In this document: positions 1 to 10,073 of the stretch, in pieces | Layout: each line of letters opens with the position of its first letter | Numbering within the stretch: position 1 is the first letter of the stretch | Assembly: GCA_900544345.1 (NCBI GenBank) | Contig: UQUR01000002.1 | Span: 47,160 to 111,159, forward strand | Length of the DNA: 64,000 nt | From: an uncultured Sutterella sp. | GTDB lineage: Bacteria; Pseudomonadota; Gammaproteobacteria; Burkholderiales; Burkholderiaceae_F | Reading direction: 5' to 3' | Notes under the pieces: generated by a model | The model's database searches: none | Told to the model about the DNA's origin: nothing | Seen by the model: only the letters and a program-made list of their open reading frames with translations | Made by a program: the position numbers and the translations under genes

Positions 1-464
1 CCATTATTCAAACCGGACAGACCACCAGCTGCGATGATATATACCTTGCCTATCGAGGTTTGCATTCTATGGCAGTAAGAGTCAAGGCAGCTAGCGAAAG
101 TGCTAAAAAAGTGATTGACTGGCTTTTGACTCGAGAAGAAGTTGAACGGGTTTTGTGGCCGGCCTTACCGACTGATCCTTCTTATCCGATCTGGAAGCGG
201 GACTTTAGGGGGGCGACTTCTTTGTTCGGTGTGGTGTTTAAAGAACAATATGCCAATAAACTCGCTCCAATGATTGATGCTTTACAGATTTTCGGCCGAG
301 GATACTCTTGGGGCGGCTTTGAAAGCCTTTTGATCCAAAGTTACGGCACAAGAACAAAAACACCTATGCCTTTTGAACGGATGGTAAGAATTGCGATCGG
401 TTTAGAAAATTCAGATGATCTCATTGAGGATTTAAAGCAGGCTTTTGAAAAGCTGCAACACTAA
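1..464 (+). CDS. metC: Cystathionine beta-lyase-like PLP-dependent enzyme (Cys/Met metabolism family), C-terminal part; 5' end lies outside the window
   Basis: The reading frame is open from position 3 and continues into ORF 60..464. The translation ...DDIYLAYRGLHSMAVRVKAASESAKKVIDWL... resembles the C-terminal domain of MetC/MetB-family enzymes. A stem-loop terminator follows. Confidence 0.6.
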   Translation, partial: IIQTGQTTSCDDIYLAYRGLHSMAVRVKAASESAKKVIDWLLTREEVERVLWPALPTDPSYPIWKRDFRGATSLFGVVFKEQYANKLAPMIDALQIFGRGYSWGGFESLLIQSYGTRTKTPMPFERMVRIAIGLENSDDLIEDLKQAFEKLQH

Positions 465-566
465 AGATTGGCCGTCTATTTCTTTATAACGTCACTTCAA
501 CCCGGAAGTGAGGTTATGCTTTTAATTTAATAATACACTATGGGAATTTTCGCCTGTAGAAGATTT

Positions 567-600
567 GAGGCAGACTCTTTCGGAAGTCTGCCTCTTTTTA
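567..600 (+). terminator. Rho-independent terminator after metC (GAGGCAGACTctttcggAAGTCTGCCTC followed by TTTTT)
   Basis: GC-rich inverted repeat followed by a T-run, seen directly in the sequence. Confidence 0.6.
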
Positions 601-623
601 GTGGCTTCTTTTCACAAATGTCG

Positions 624-2018
624 CTAGGCGATCTTTGAGTAGCCTCCTGCCCGATCGGATTCTCTTAGATAGCGGTCAAACTGCATGGCTACTGCTCGGA
701 CAAAAATCTTACCCTTAGGGCTCACCACAATTTCTTCCGGCGTTAACTCAACAAAACCCACCTTTTGATAGTTCTGAAGCTTTCTCAGTTCATAGGCAAA
801 CGTTTCATCAAAATTAATTCCAAATCGTGTTTCTATTTCAGCCTTGACGATACGGAATTGACACATAATGGTCATAATCACAGCATGGCGCAACTGGTCT
901 TCCTCACTGAGTCTATAGCCGCGATTAGTTGCCAAACGGCCTGCACGAATGGCCTCATAATAAGCTTGCAATTCACGCGGATTACAAGCATAGCAATGAT
1001 GAATGTTACTGATAGCCGAGACACCCAAAGCCACCATGTCACAGTCAGGTCTTGTGGAATAGCCTTGGAAATTACGCTGCAACTTTCCCTCTTGCTGCGC
1101 AATAGCCAGTTCATCGGTGACTTTTGCAAAGTGATCCATCCCAATGTAACGATAACCGTTTTGAGTTAATCGCGTAATCGCATCCATCATGATATGAACC
1201 TTTTCAACCGTACTGGGTAAGTCAGCATCCAAAATACGACGCTGAGGTGGAAAGTGGTGCGGCAAATGTGCGTAATGATAAAGCGCGATGCGGTCGGGTG
1301 ACAGTTCTAAGACCTGATCAAGCGTTTTTTCAAAACTCTTACGGGTTTGCTTTGGCAGGCCGTAAATTAAGTCCATGTTAATAGAATGGAACCCTGCTTC
1401 ACGTGCAGCAAGCATGGTGTCCCGAGTCATTTCAAAAGGCTGAATACGATTGACTGCCTTTTGAACTTCGGGATTGAAATCTTGTACACCGCAACTCATG
1501 CGGTTTAGTCCCACCTTGGCCAAAGTTTGTACTTTTTCAGGCGGACAGGTTCTGGGATCAACCTCAATAGAAAATTCACCCGCAGACTGAAGTGGAAAAC
1601 GGCTAGTGATGAGACCCATCACACGCTCAATTTCCTCGTTATTTAAAAAGGTCGGTGAGCCTCCGCCAAAGTGAAGTTGACTGACAGTTGTTTCACCAGC
1701 AATCCTTTCCTTAACCAATCCAATTTCCTGATCCAAGACATCAAGATACTCTGCACTTTTGCTGTGGTCACGCGTTACTTGTTTATTGCACCCACAGTAA
1801 AAACAAATATCGTTGCAGAAAGGAATATGCACATAAAGGCTCAAAGGCTTATCTAACTCTCTGGTTTTTAAAGCCTCTTCATAGTCGGCTGCAGAAAAAT
1901 TCTTATTGAAACGGTCAGCCGTCGGATAAGACGTATAACGCGGTGCGGGGACATCAAATTTTTGCAACAGTTCTATTGAGGGTAACTCAACGCCGGTCAG
2001 ATTCGGATCAGTCAACAT
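624..2018 (-). CDS. hemN: Oxygen-independent coproporphyrinogen III oxidase (radical SAM, HemN)
   Basis: 464 aa with the radical-SAM CxxxCxxC motif (CNDICFYCGC) and HemN-like conservation along the full length. It is divergent from fnr with a candidate FNR box between them. Confidence 0.9.
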   Translation of the reverse strand: MLTDPNLTGVELPSIELLQKFDVPAPRYTSYPTADRFNKNFSAADYEEALKTRELDKPLSLYVHIPFCNDICFYCGCNKQVTRDHSKSAEYLDVLDQEIGLVKERIAGETTVSQLHFGGGSPTFLNNEEIERVMGLITSRFPLQSAGEFSIEVDPRTCPPEKVQTLAKVGLNRMSCGVQDFNPEVQKAVNRIQPFEMTRDTMLAAREAGFHSINMDLIYGLPKQTRKSFEKTLDQVLELSPDRIALYHYAHLPHHFPPQRRILDADLPSTVEKVHIMMDAITRLTQNGYRYIGMDHFAKVTDELAIAQQEGKLQRNFQGYSTRPDCDMVALGVSAISNIHHCYACNPRELQAYYEAIRAGRLATNRGYRLSEEDQLRHAVIMTIMCQFRIVKAEIETRFGINFDETFAYELRKLQNYQKVGFVELTPEEIVVSPKGKIFVRAVAMQFDRYLRESDRAGGYSKIA

Positions 2019-2084
2019 GGGAAAATCCTAAAATTCACCAATTTGATTTAAGTTAAACTTCTGATATCATTTCACAATCAAAAT

Positions 2085-2098
2085 TTGACGAAAGTCAA
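2085..2098. promoter_or_regulatory. Candidate FNR/CRP-family box TTGACgaaaGTCAA in the hemN–fnr divergent intergenic region
   Basis: Perfect palindrome with a 4-nt spacer, one mismatch per half-site from the FNR consensus TTGAT-N4-ATCAA. It sits about 70 nt upstream of the hemN start codon. Confidence 0.4.
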
Positions 2099-2217
2099 AA
2101 GCAAAATAATACAGGTGACAACGGTTACATTGTGCACGGGAATTATTACCGCAAACTGAAAGGTATTCCCAAGCGTTGCCACCCAATATATTAGAAACAT
2201 TTTTTTGATGGCATTCC

Positions 2218-2979
2218 ATGTCGACCTTGTCTCCGAATCTGTCTGCCGTTCCGTCTTTGAGAGTCAGTTGCTCACACTGCAATCTGCGCGAACATTGTGT
2301 TCCCCTCGGATTATCTTTACGCGATATTGATCGTTTGGAAGACTTAATTGCTTCGAGAAAAAGAATTCATCGCGGTGAACCGCTCTTTAGAGCTGGGGAT
2401 CGCTTCGAAGCAATCTATGCCATTCGATTGGGCTTTTTAAAAAGTTCGGTTATGAGCAGTGACGGACGTGAACAAGTAACGAACTTTCACATGTCTGGAG
2501 AACTAATCGGACTAGACGGTATTGCTAACGAAGTGCACTCTTGTGACGTGATTGCCCTTGAAGACACTGAAGTGTGCGTCATTCCTTACGAACGAATTCT
2601 CGCTGCCTGCAGTGAAATCGAAGGCTACAACCTGCACTTTCAAAAAGTGCTTTCCCGTGAAATCGTTCGTCAACATGGTCTTATGCTTTTATTAGGCTCG
2701 ATGCACGCCGAAGAGCGTCTTGCTGCCTTTCTTTTAAACCTCTCTCAACGCTTTGAATCCCGAGGCTACTCCAGAACAGAATTTGTTTTACGTATGACTC
2801 GGGCAGAAATCGGATCCTATCTGGGACTGAAACTTGAAACGGTAAGCCGTGTCTTATCTCGTTTCTCGCATGACAACTTAATCGCTGTCAATCAAAAGCA
2901 CGTACATATTATTGACGCCGAAGGATTAAGGGCTATTGTTTCTGGACAAAATTCCGAAGAAGCCCTCGAAGAGCAATAA
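2218..2979 (+). CDS. fnr: FNR-family (CRP/FNR) anaerobic transcriptional regulator
   Basis: N-terminal Cys cluster (CSHCNLREHC) typical of Fe-S FNR, a cNMP-binding-like domain and a C-terminal HTH (RAEIGSYLGLKLETVSRVLSRF). Confidence 0.85.
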   Translation: MSTLSPNLSAVPSLRVSCSHCNLREHCVPLGLSLRDIDRLEDLIASRKRIHRGEPLFRAGDRFEAIYAIRLGFLKSSVMSSDGREQVTNFHMSGELIGLDGIANEVHSCDVIALEDTEVCVIPYERILAACSEIEGYNLHFQKVLSREIVRQHGLMLLLGSMHAEERLAAFLLNLSQRFESRGYSRTEFVLRMTRAEIGSYLGLKLETVSRVLSRFSHDNLIAVNQKHVHIIDAEGLRAIVSGQNSEEALEEQ

Positions 2980-2989
2980 GAGGTTTTTC

Positions 2990-4510
2990 TTGAATACGCT
3001 CAAACAGTTTGCCATTGTTGTGGCCGGACTCGGATGGTCTCTGAGCGCCGTCGCATCGGATTTTGTCGATTTGCTCGCTGACATTCCGGTCGGTGAAAAT
3101 GAATTAGCAAAATCGGTTGAGCTACGAGAGGCACAACGCAGCCGCATTAACCCTGATGACACCATTTGGGTCACTATCAGGCGTGGCTTCGGTTTAGCTG
3201 ACCTGCCAGAAGCTGTCGTTGATCGAGAATTAACCCGTTACACGAAAGCACTTCCCTACACAGAACAGATGGCGTTCCGAGCCAGAATGTATCTGTACTT
3301 CATCGTCTCGGAAACTCAAAAACGAGGCATGCCTTCAGAATTAGCACTGTTGCCTTTTGTTGAAAGTGCCTTTCAGCCTGAAGCCCTTTCTCGCTCCAAG
3401 GCGGCAGGTCTTTGGCAATTTCTGCCTTCTACCGGAGACATCTTTGACTTAAGGCAGTCGAGTTGGCGAGACGACCGGCTCGATGTTATTGAAAGTACAC
3501 GCGCGGCACTGGACTATCTGCAATACCTGCACAATCAATTTGAGGATTGGCACCTGGCACTGGCAGCCTACAACTGGGGAGAAGGAAGCGTGAGACGAGC
3601 CATTGCCGCCAATGCAGCTCGTGGCAAACCTACCGATTATATGAGTTTGCCTCTGCCAAAGGAGACAGCCCGCTACGTGCCAAAACTTTTAGCGATAAAA
3701 AAACTTATTGAAGATCCGGATCGCTATGGGTTAAAACTGCCTGCTATTGCCAATGAACCGTACTTTGTTCGTGTGAATAAAAACCGGGATCTTGATTTAG
3801 AAACGGCGGCACAATTGGCTGAAACTGACCTGCAGGAATTCAGGCTCCTTAACCCAAGCTTTAACCGCCCCGTAGTGGTTGCAGCTCACCAAGGGGCCAT
3901 TTTGATTCCGGCAGCAAAGGCTGACGCTTTTGTTTCCAACCTTATCAATTGGCAAGCGACCGGCAAACCCCTTTCCAATTGGTCTACGTACACGGTCAAA
4001 AAAGGCGAGTCCCTTAACGCTATCGCAAGGCGCTTTGGCATGACTGAAGAGGAGCTGCGTGCAGCCAATAAGATTCCTAAAAACCGCCGAGTACAAATCG
4101 GCAGCACCCTTTTGGTAAAAGACGCGCAAGCAAAAACTGACATTCAAGTGACCGAAGCTGATTCGGCTTTAAAACTCGTCCCCTTGCCGACCACACGTCG
4201 CATTACTTACCGAGTTCGAAGTGGTGACACCCTCTCGGGAATTGCGGCGCGTTTCGGAGTTAAAACGGCCGATATCCGAAAACAAAATAAACTAAAAAGC
4301 AACACGATTAAAGTGGGACAGAGACTGCGACTGACTGTCCGTGAAGTTCAAAGAACGAGCCTTCGAAAGACAGCTTATCGAGTCAAAAGAGGCGACACAC
4401 TCTATACGATTGCTCAACGTCATCGAACCAGTGTAAGCGCAATCATGGATGAAAATAAGCTTCAATCCAAAGATTTAAAACCGGGACAGCGTTTGGTCAT
4501 TCCTCACTAA
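2990..4510 (+). CDS. mltD: Membrane-bound lytic murein transglycosylase D (SLT domain plus C-terminal LysM repeats)
   Basis: SLT catalytic region (ESAFQPEA...AAGLWQF) and LysM repeats at the C-terminus, with a signal peptide. The ORF track starts at 2936 (TTG), which overlaps fnr by 44 nt. I prefer the in-frame TTG at 2990, which has an AAGAGG ribosome-binding site 6 nt upstream. Confidence 0.8.
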   Translation: MNTLKQFAIVVAGLGWSLSAVASDFVDLLADIPVGENELAKSVELREAQRSRINPDDTIWVTIRRGFGLADLPEAVVDRELTRYTKALPYTEQMAFRARMYLYFIVSETQKRGMPSELALLPFVESAFQPEALSRSKAAGLWQFLPSTGDIFDLRQSSWRDDRLDVIESTRAALDYLQYLHNQFEDWHLALAAYNWGEGSVRRAIAANAARGKPTDYMSLPLPKETARYVPKLLAIKKLIEDPDRYGLKLPAIANEPYFVRVNKNRDLDLETAAQLAETDLQEFRLLNPSFNRPVVVAAHQGAILIPAAKADAFVSNLINWQATGKPLSNWSTYTVKKGESLNAIARRFGMTEEELRAANKIPKNRRVQIGSTLLVKDAQAKTDIQVTEADSALKLVPLPTTRRITYRVRSGDTLSGIAARFGVKTADIRKQNKLKSNTIKVGQRLRLTVREVQRTSLRKTAYRVKRGDTLYTIAQRHRTSVSAIMDENKLQSKDLKPGQRLVIPH

Positions 4511-4602
4511 GATAGTTGAGGCATTCGCGTCCTCTCTTCAAACTTTAAGCCTCTTTAGTTAAAATCAATCCGTTATTACACATCATTTAAAGTGAGGATG
4601 AA

Positions 4603-5394
4603 ATGGGTTTCCTTCAAGGTAAAAAAATTCTGATCACAGGAATCGTCTCCAACCGCTCCATCGCTTACGGTATCGCTAAATGTTGCCATCGTGAAGGTGC
4701 TGAGCTTGCCTTCTCTTATGCCAACGAACGTTTTAAAGATCGCGTAGCAGGTTTTGCCGCCGATTTCGGCAGCGATTTTGTTTTGCAAATGGATGTCTCC
4801 AACGACGAACAAATCAACAATACTTTTGCTCAGATTAAGCAACGTTGGGGCGCTCTGGACGGTCTCGTCCACTCTATTGGCTTTGCGCCGCGCGAGGCCA
4901 TTGCTGGGGACTTCCTTGAAGGATGTACTCGTGATGCGTTTAAAACCGCAATGGATATTTCCGCCTACTCATTCCCCGCTATTGCGCGAGCTGCCATGCC
5001 TCTCATGGAAGGCCGTGCCGGCTCCCTTTTAACGCTCACTTACTTGGGCGGTGAACGTGTTGTTCCGAACTACAACACAATGGGGCTTTGCAAAGCAGCT
5101 CTTGAAGCAAGCACCCGCTACATTGCAAGTTCCGTGGGTCCTAAAGGAATCCGCGCCAATGCTATTTCTGCCGGCCCGATCAAAACATTAGCAGCCTCAG
5201 GCATTCAGGGCTTCTCTAAGATGCTTCATCACATGGAAGCCAATGCTCCGCTTCGCCGCACGGTTACGATTGAAGAAGTAGGAAACGTGGCCGCATTCCT
5301 TCTTTCCGATTTAGCAAGCGCTGTCACCGGCGAAATCGTACACGTAGATGGCGGCTTCCACAGTGTGGCAATCGGTGCAGAAACGGAACAATAA
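4603..5394 (+). CDS. fabI: Enoyl-[acyl-carrier-protein] reductase (NADH), FabI
   Basis: 263 aa short-chain dehydrogenase/reductase with FabI-specific motifs (GFLQGKKILITG..., the YxxMxxxK region NYNTMGLCKAALEA). Confidence 0.9.
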   Translation: MGFLQGKKILITGIVSNRSIAYGIAKCCHREGAELAFSYANERFKDRVAGFAADFGSDFVLQMDVSNDEQINNTFAQIKQRWGALDGLVHSIGFAPREAIAGDFLEGCTRDAFKTAMDISAYSFPAIARAAMPLMEGRAGSLLTLTYLGGERVVPNYNTMGLCKAALEASTRYIASSVGPKGIRANAISAGPIKTLAASGIQGFSKMLHHMEANAPLRRTVTIEEVGNVAAFLLSDLASAVTGEIVHVDGGFHSVAIGAETEQ

Positions 5395-5465
5395 TTGATA
5401 GTTCTATCGCACGTATGACCGAAAAAGTCCACTTTTTCGGTCAAATCCGCTTTAGGAACAAAAAA

Positions 5466-6356
5466 GTGAAATCCTTTAAAACCGCCGCTGTTTTTGCCAA
5501 GCGAACTGAACCCATGGGAGAAGCTCTGCAAAAGCTTTTGGACATCTTGCGTGCTGAAAAAATGGATTACCTACTTGAAGAAAGTACGGCAAACCATTTG
5601 CCAGGCTCTAAAGGGGTGAGTTTAGAAGAACTTGGCAAAAAAGCCGATGTTATCATAATGTTGGGAGGCGACGGCACAACGCTTGGTATAGCTCGCCGCA
5701 TGGCTCGCTTTAAGCTTCCAATCATTGCTATTAATGCAGGTCGGCTAGGTTTTATCACAGACTTTTCTCTGCAGGAAATGAGTAAAGACCTCCCACCTCT
5801 GCTTCGGGGCGAGTACGAGGTTGACACTCGATCAATGCTTCAGGTACGAGTCTATCGCGCTGGCAAAAATGTATTTACTGCTACTGCAGTTAACGATGCA
5901 GGCATCACTCACGGCCGTGCGGGTTCCATGGTGGAATTTAATGTTTGGGTTGACGGTCATCCGATGGCCACACAGCGTGCCGACGGCGTCATTGTTTCCT
6001 CAGCGACGGGCTCTACAGCATATGCGATGGCCGCTGGAGGCCCTATCCTGCACCCCGCACTAAACGCAATGGTTCTTGTACCAGTTGCGCCTCATGCACT
6101 CACCAATCGACCTATTGTTTTACCCGGCTTAAGCACTGTCGATATTAGCTTGATTGAAGCCCGAGAGGCGTCTGCTTACTGTGATATGCAGGACTTTTTC
6201 CCAATGCAAAAGGGCGATGTTTTACGAGTGAGAACTTTGCCGGAAAGTTTTACTATCCTGCATCCGATCGGACACAATCACTACGACACATTGCGCCGAA
6301 AGCTTTATTGGAACCTCATGCCATCGGACAACGCCTCGCTTCCTATCAAAGACTAG
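5466..6356 (+). CDS. nadK: NAD+ kinase
   Basis: GGDGT motif (IMLGGDGTTLG) and NAD-kinase conservation; nadK–recN synteny matches enterobacteria. The ORF track starts at 5415. A GTG at 5466 with an AGGA site upstream aligns better with NadK N-termini, so the start is uncertain. Confidence 0.8.
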   Translation: MKSFKTAAVFAKRTEPMGEALQKLLDILRAEKMDYLLEESTANHLPGSKGVSLEELGKKADVIIMLGGDGTTLGIARRMARFKLPIIAINAGRLGFITDFSLQEMSKDLPPLLRGEYEVDTRSMLQVRVYRAGKNVFTATAVNDAGITHGRAGSMVEFNVWVDGHPMATQRADGVIVSSATGSTAYAMAAGGPILHPALNAMVLVPVAPHALTNRPIVLPGLSTVDISLIEAREASAYCDMQDFFPMQKGDVLRVRTLPESFTILHPIGHNHYDTLRRKLYWNLMPSDNASLPIKD

Positions 6357-6365
6357 AGTTTTATT

Positions 6366-8042
6366 ATGCTCACGCACCTTTCGCTCAAAGACTTTGTCAT
6401 TGTTAAAGAACTTAATCTGGATCTTGCATCTGGGCTGACGGTTCTAACCGGCGAAACTGGCGCAGGAAAGTCCATTTTAATTGACGCTATTCAACAAATT
6501 TTAGGAGCCCGCTCTGATATAGGGATGATCCGTGAAGAAGCTAAACAAACGGATCTGACGGCTATTTTTGAAATTAATGATGACGTCCTTCAGATTCTTC
6601 GTGACCAGGCTCTCATTGCTGAAGATGATCTACTTGAAAAAACCGCCATTATTCGCCGTGTCATTGATAGAAACGGAAGATCCCGCTCTTGGATAAATGG
6701 CGTTGCCGTAACGATCTCTCAGGTTAAAGAGTTAGCTACAAAGCTTTTGGATATCCATGGACAAAACGCCCAGCAGTCACTGCTAAAACCTAGCGGTCAA
6801 TTAGCTCTTTTAGATGCGTTTGGTAGCTACACAGACGAATTAGCGGCTACACGGAAAGCCTTTTACCTCTGGCAGCAAGCGCAAAAACGTCTTTTTGAAG
6901 CAAAAGAAGATGCAAAGAAATTAGCCGATGAAGCCGAGCGGTTGGCTTGGATGCATGAAGAACTGTCGCAAATTCGACCGATCAAGGGCGAATGGGAAGA
7001 GCTTAACGCCGAGCACCGAAGACTCGGCAATGCACATGATATTTTAGATGCTCTTGAAAGTGCTTCAAGCGATCTATCCGACAGTGATGAAAGTGCTTTA
7101 AGCCTATTGGGACGCAATACTGAAAGACTGCAGGCACTTGCCCAGTACGATGAAAAATTAGGGGATATCGCCAATCAGCTCAATGACGCTCAGGCTATTG
7201 TAGAAGATGCCGTGCGAGAGCTCGATCGCTATCGCGACAGAACTGATCTGGATGAAGGTCGCTTTGAAGAAGTGGATGCGCGTGTTTCGCTCTACTTTAA
7301 TGCAGCTCGAAAGTTTCATACTCTGCCTGAAGATCTTTTCGAGAAATTTGAAGAAACCACGCAAAAACTTAAAGCACTGCAGCAAAACCTTGACCTAGAG
7401 ACACTTGAAAAAGAAGAAGAGGGCGCACACAGTGCGTATTTATCCGTTGCCAGAACCCTCTCGAAAAAAAGACACCAGGCAGCAAAGATGCTGTCCAAAC
7501 AAGTTACTGATGCAATGCAGATGCTTTCAATGGCTGGTGGCTGTTTTGAAGCAAAATTAAATAGTTCTGAACCAGGAGCATTAGGACTAGAGAGCTGTGA
7601 ATTCTTAGTGGCCGGCCATCCCGGCGTGCCAGCCAGAGCACTCTCTAAAGTTGCCTCCGGCGGTGAACTTTCACGTATCAGTTTAGCGATCTCCGTTATT
7701 ACCTCCAAGCAGACCCCTGTCGATACACTCATTTTTGACGAGGTCGATGCAGGAATTGGAGGAGCAGTTGCTGATGTCGTCGGAAAGTTACTCAAAAAAC
7801 TTTCCCTCGAACGCCAAGTCATGTGTGTGACTCATTTACCGCAGGTGGCCTCATACGGCTATAACCACTTAAGGGTGCAAAAATCGCAGGAAAACGGTCA
7901 AACCGTGAGCAAATTGCAACTGTTAAATGATGCTGAACGCGTTGAAGAGTTAGCCCGAATGCTAGCGGGTGCCGATGTCACAATCAAAGCAAGAGACAAT
8001 GCTGCTGAACTTATAGAAAACGCCCGAGCCTACCAAGGCTAG
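6366..8042 (+). CDS. recN: DNA repair protein RecN (SMC-like ATPase)
   Basis: Walker A GETGAGKS at the N-terminus, a coiled-coil middle, and a C-terminal signature/Walker B (LIFDEVDAGIGG). Confidence 0.9.
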   Translation: MLTHLSLKDFVIVKELNLDLASGLTVLTGETGAGKSILIDAIQQILGARSDIGMIREEAKQTDLTAIFEINDDVLQILRDQALIAEDDLLEKTAIIRRVIDRNGRSRSWINGVAVTISQVKELATKLLDIHGQNAQQSLLKPSGQLALLDAFGSYTDELAATRKAFYLWQQAQKRLFEAKEDAKKLADEAERLAWMHEELSQIRPIKGEWEELNAEHRRLGNAHDILDALESASSDLSDSDESALSLLGRNTERLQALAQYDEKLGDIANQLNDAQAIVEDAVRELDRYRDRTDLDEGRFEEVDARVSLYFNAARKFHTLPEDLFEKFEETTQKLKALQQNLDLETLEKEEEGAHSAYLSVARTLSKKRHQAAKMLSKQVTDAMQMLSMAGGCFEAKLNSSEPGALGLESCEFLVAGHPGVPARALSKVASGGELSRISLAISVITSKQTPVDTLIFDEVDAGIGGAVADVVGKLLKKLSLERQVMCVTHLPQVASYGYNHLRVQKSQENGQTVSKLQLLNDAERVEELARMLAGADVTIKARDNAAELIENARAYQG

Positions 8043-8076
8043 AGCGTTTCAAATAAGAAAACTTAAAAAGCGCAGC

Positions 8077-8520
8077 CTATTTTTTGGCTGCGTTTTTTTC
8101 TTGGCATTCTTTACAAATGCCGTATAAACAGAGCGTGTGGTGATCGAGTGTGTAACCGAAACGCGAGGCGATTTCCTGCTGTTTTCTTTCAATATCAATA
8201 TCCACAAACTCTTCGATCTTGCCACACTGTAGGCACACTAGATGATCATGATGCTCAGGCTCACCTAATTCATAGGAGGCGCTTTCACTGTCGAAGTGAT
8301 GGCGACGCAAAAGACCGGCTACTTCAAACTGAGTGAGCACTCGATAAACCGTTGCCAAACCGACATCCTCTCCCTCTTGCTTAAGTTGGGAGAAAACTTC
8401 ATCGGCAGTTAAGTGGCGCTTAGTCGTCAAAGCCGCCTTCTGAAATAACGATAATATAAGAAGGCGCGGTGCCGTCGCTTTCAATCCCAAACTTTTTAAA
8501 TCACTCGGATCGTATTTCAA
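8077..8520 (-). CDS. fur: Ferric uptake regulator Fur
   Basis: HHDHLVCLQCGKIEEF metal-binding motif and full-length alignment to Fur. The ORF track extends to an ATG at 8568. A TTG at 8520 preceded by AGGAAAA gives an N-terminus (M)KYDPSDLKSLGLKATAPRL that matches Fur N-termini. Confidence 0.8.
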   Translation of the reverse strand: MKYDPSDLKSLGLKATAPRLLILSLFQKAALTTKRHLTADEVFSQLKQEGEDVGLATVYRVLTQFEVAGLLRRHHFDSESASYELGEPEHHDHLVCLQCGKIEEFVDIDIERKQQEIASRFGYTLDHHTLCLYGICKECQEKNAAKK

Positions 8521-8900
8521 TTGATTTTCCTCTAACTTTACAAATAAGCAACAACTCCGCTGCCACATTTTCGGCTAATCATATCATGCCGATTACTAAA
8601 AAGTTCAAAAGCCTCTCTTTCAGTTCAATACGTTAACTGACAAATCTTTGCGTTGGTATTGACTCACTTAAGAGAAAAACAGAAGACAACCAAACGCAGA
8701 TAAAAGAACATGTTGCATATAACAAGAACCTCTACGAGAGCACTTTCTGAATGTTTGCATTTTGGAACGCGTCTTAATCACATTTTTGTCTTGTTTTGCA
8801 ACTTTACTGAAAAAAATTCCTCGCAATCATAGGCGTTAGAAGGCGCATTAGTTTATCATTCAGGGATCAGAGACTAACGCATTGCAATAACGTGTCACCT

Positions 8901-9413
8901 ATGTACAAGAAATGTATGCTGACGGGCGCCCTTGCTGCCACGCTCGTATTGTCTGGTTGCGCCCAGGTGCAGTCCCAGTGGGATGCTTTCAATGAATGGT
9001 TCCAACCATCTGAAGCCATTACATCCGTCATTAAACCCTACCGCCCCGACACTCATCAGGGCAATTTAGTCACCAAAGAAATGGTCGACCAGCTTCACCT
9101 CGGCATGACTCAGCTTCAGGTGCAATTTTTATTAGGTGTTCCGCTTTTGCGTGATTTATTCCACCAAAACCGCTGGGATTATCTCTACTATGTCAATCCC
9201 CGTTTCGGTGATCCGCAAACGAGACGTCTGACTATCTATTTTGATGATTCCGGCCGTCTGACCCGTTACGAATTCACTCCGATGCCAGAAGAAACTCAAG
9301 CCGACCAAATGATTTTAGGCGACGAAGAGGCCTTCACGCCTGGAAATTCGGATTTGACTGTTGTTGACCAAGCTCAAAAAGCCCAGGAAGATGTTGAGCA
9401 GAATGCTCACTAA
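8901..9413 (+). CDS. bamE: Outer membrane protein assembly factor BamE (SmpA/OmlA lipoprotein)
   Basis: Lipoprotein signal with an LSGC lipobox and a conserved SmpA/OmlA domain (LGMTQLQVQFLLGVP...YYV). omlA divergent from fur is a synteny known from Pseudomonas and Burkholderia. The start could be 8892, 8901 or 8916. Confidence 0.75.
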   Translation: MYKKCMLTGALAATLVLSGCAQVQSQWDAFNEWFQPSEAITSVIKPYRPDTHQGNLVTKEMVDQLHLGMTQLQVQFLLGVPLLRDLFHQNRWDYLYYVNPRFGDPQTRRLTIYFDDSGRLTRYEFTPMPEETQADQMILGDEEAFTPGNSDLTVVDQAQKAQEDVEQNAH

Positions 9414-9438
9414 TCCCTTAGCCAAAGGATAAAAAAAG

Positions 9439-9669
9439 ATGCAAGAAAAACTTGAACTTTTAGCCGACCGCGTTCGTGCCCTTATTCAGGAAGTCAATGA
9501 TTTGCGTGCCCAAAACGAACAATTGCAAGCCCTCCTGACGCAAAAGGAAAATGAAGCCGGTTTGACCAAAGCGGAAACACAGGAAGCTATTGAGCGCCTT
9601 GACGCTTTAATCCGCTCCATTGAGAAAGCTCAACAAACTGTGAGCAACGATCAACCTATGAATTTCTAA
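9439..9669 (+). CDS. zapB: Cell division coiled-coil protein ZapB-like
   Basis: 76 aa, all coiled-coil (LEDRVRALIQEVNDLRAQNEQLQ...), immediately upstream of zapA. Confidence 0.65.
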   Translation: MQEKLELLADRVRALIQEVNDLRAQNEQLQALLTQKENEAGLTKAETQEAIERLDALIRSIEKAQQTVSNDQPMNF

Positions 9670-9685
9670 CTAAACACTTTCGATA

Positions 9686-10024
9686 ATGATGACTGCGCGT
9701 AAAACCTTGACATTGACCATCATGGGACGAGACTATCGTCTAGCGGTGGCCCCCGAAGAGGAAGCGAATTTGCGCGCTTGCGCCGAGCTCGTGCAAAGCA
9801 AAATGCAAGAAATTCACCAACCGGGTAAAGTCTTTTCTCCCGATTCGGTTGCTGTGCTCGCCGCGTTGCGCATCGCTTACGAAAACTTAATCCAGCGTCA
9901 AGCTGTTGAAGAAATGAATAAAGCCGTAGAAGATATGAATCGCTCCAAAGGCCAAATTGATTCTTTGATTGCTTTGTGCGACAGCACACTGGCTGACAAA
10001 CCGACTGATAACGGCGCTCAATAA
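9686..10024 (+). CDS. zapA: Cell division protein ZapA
   Basis: 112 aa with the ZapA fold signature (TLTIMGRDYRLAVAPEEEANLRACAELVQSKMQEI). Confidence 0.8.
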   Translation: MMTARKTLTLTIMGRDYRLAVAPEEEANLRACAELVQSKMQEIHQPGKVFSPDSVAVLAALRIAYENLIQRQAVEEMNKAVEDMNRSKGQIDSLIALCDSTLADKPTDNGAQ

Positions 10025-10044
10025 ACGTTTTTTGTCTAACATTT

Positions 10045-10073
10045 AAACGCCGCTCACTCATGCGGCGTTTTTT
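10045..10073 (+). terminator. Rho-independent terminator after zapA (AACGCCGCtcactcatGCGGCGTT followed by TTTT)
   Basis: Inverted repeat plus T-tract. There is no room for a 6S RNA gene here. Confidence 0.6.

Noticed and set aside
8773-8790. 14-mer TTAATCACATTTTT present in the fur–bamE spacer and again at 47872..47885 upstream of hydG
   Set aside because: In 64 kb of AT-rich intergenic sequence several exact 14-mer repeats are expected by chance, roughly 5–15 pairs. There is no palindromy or positional logic to it, so I do not claim it as a regulatory motif.
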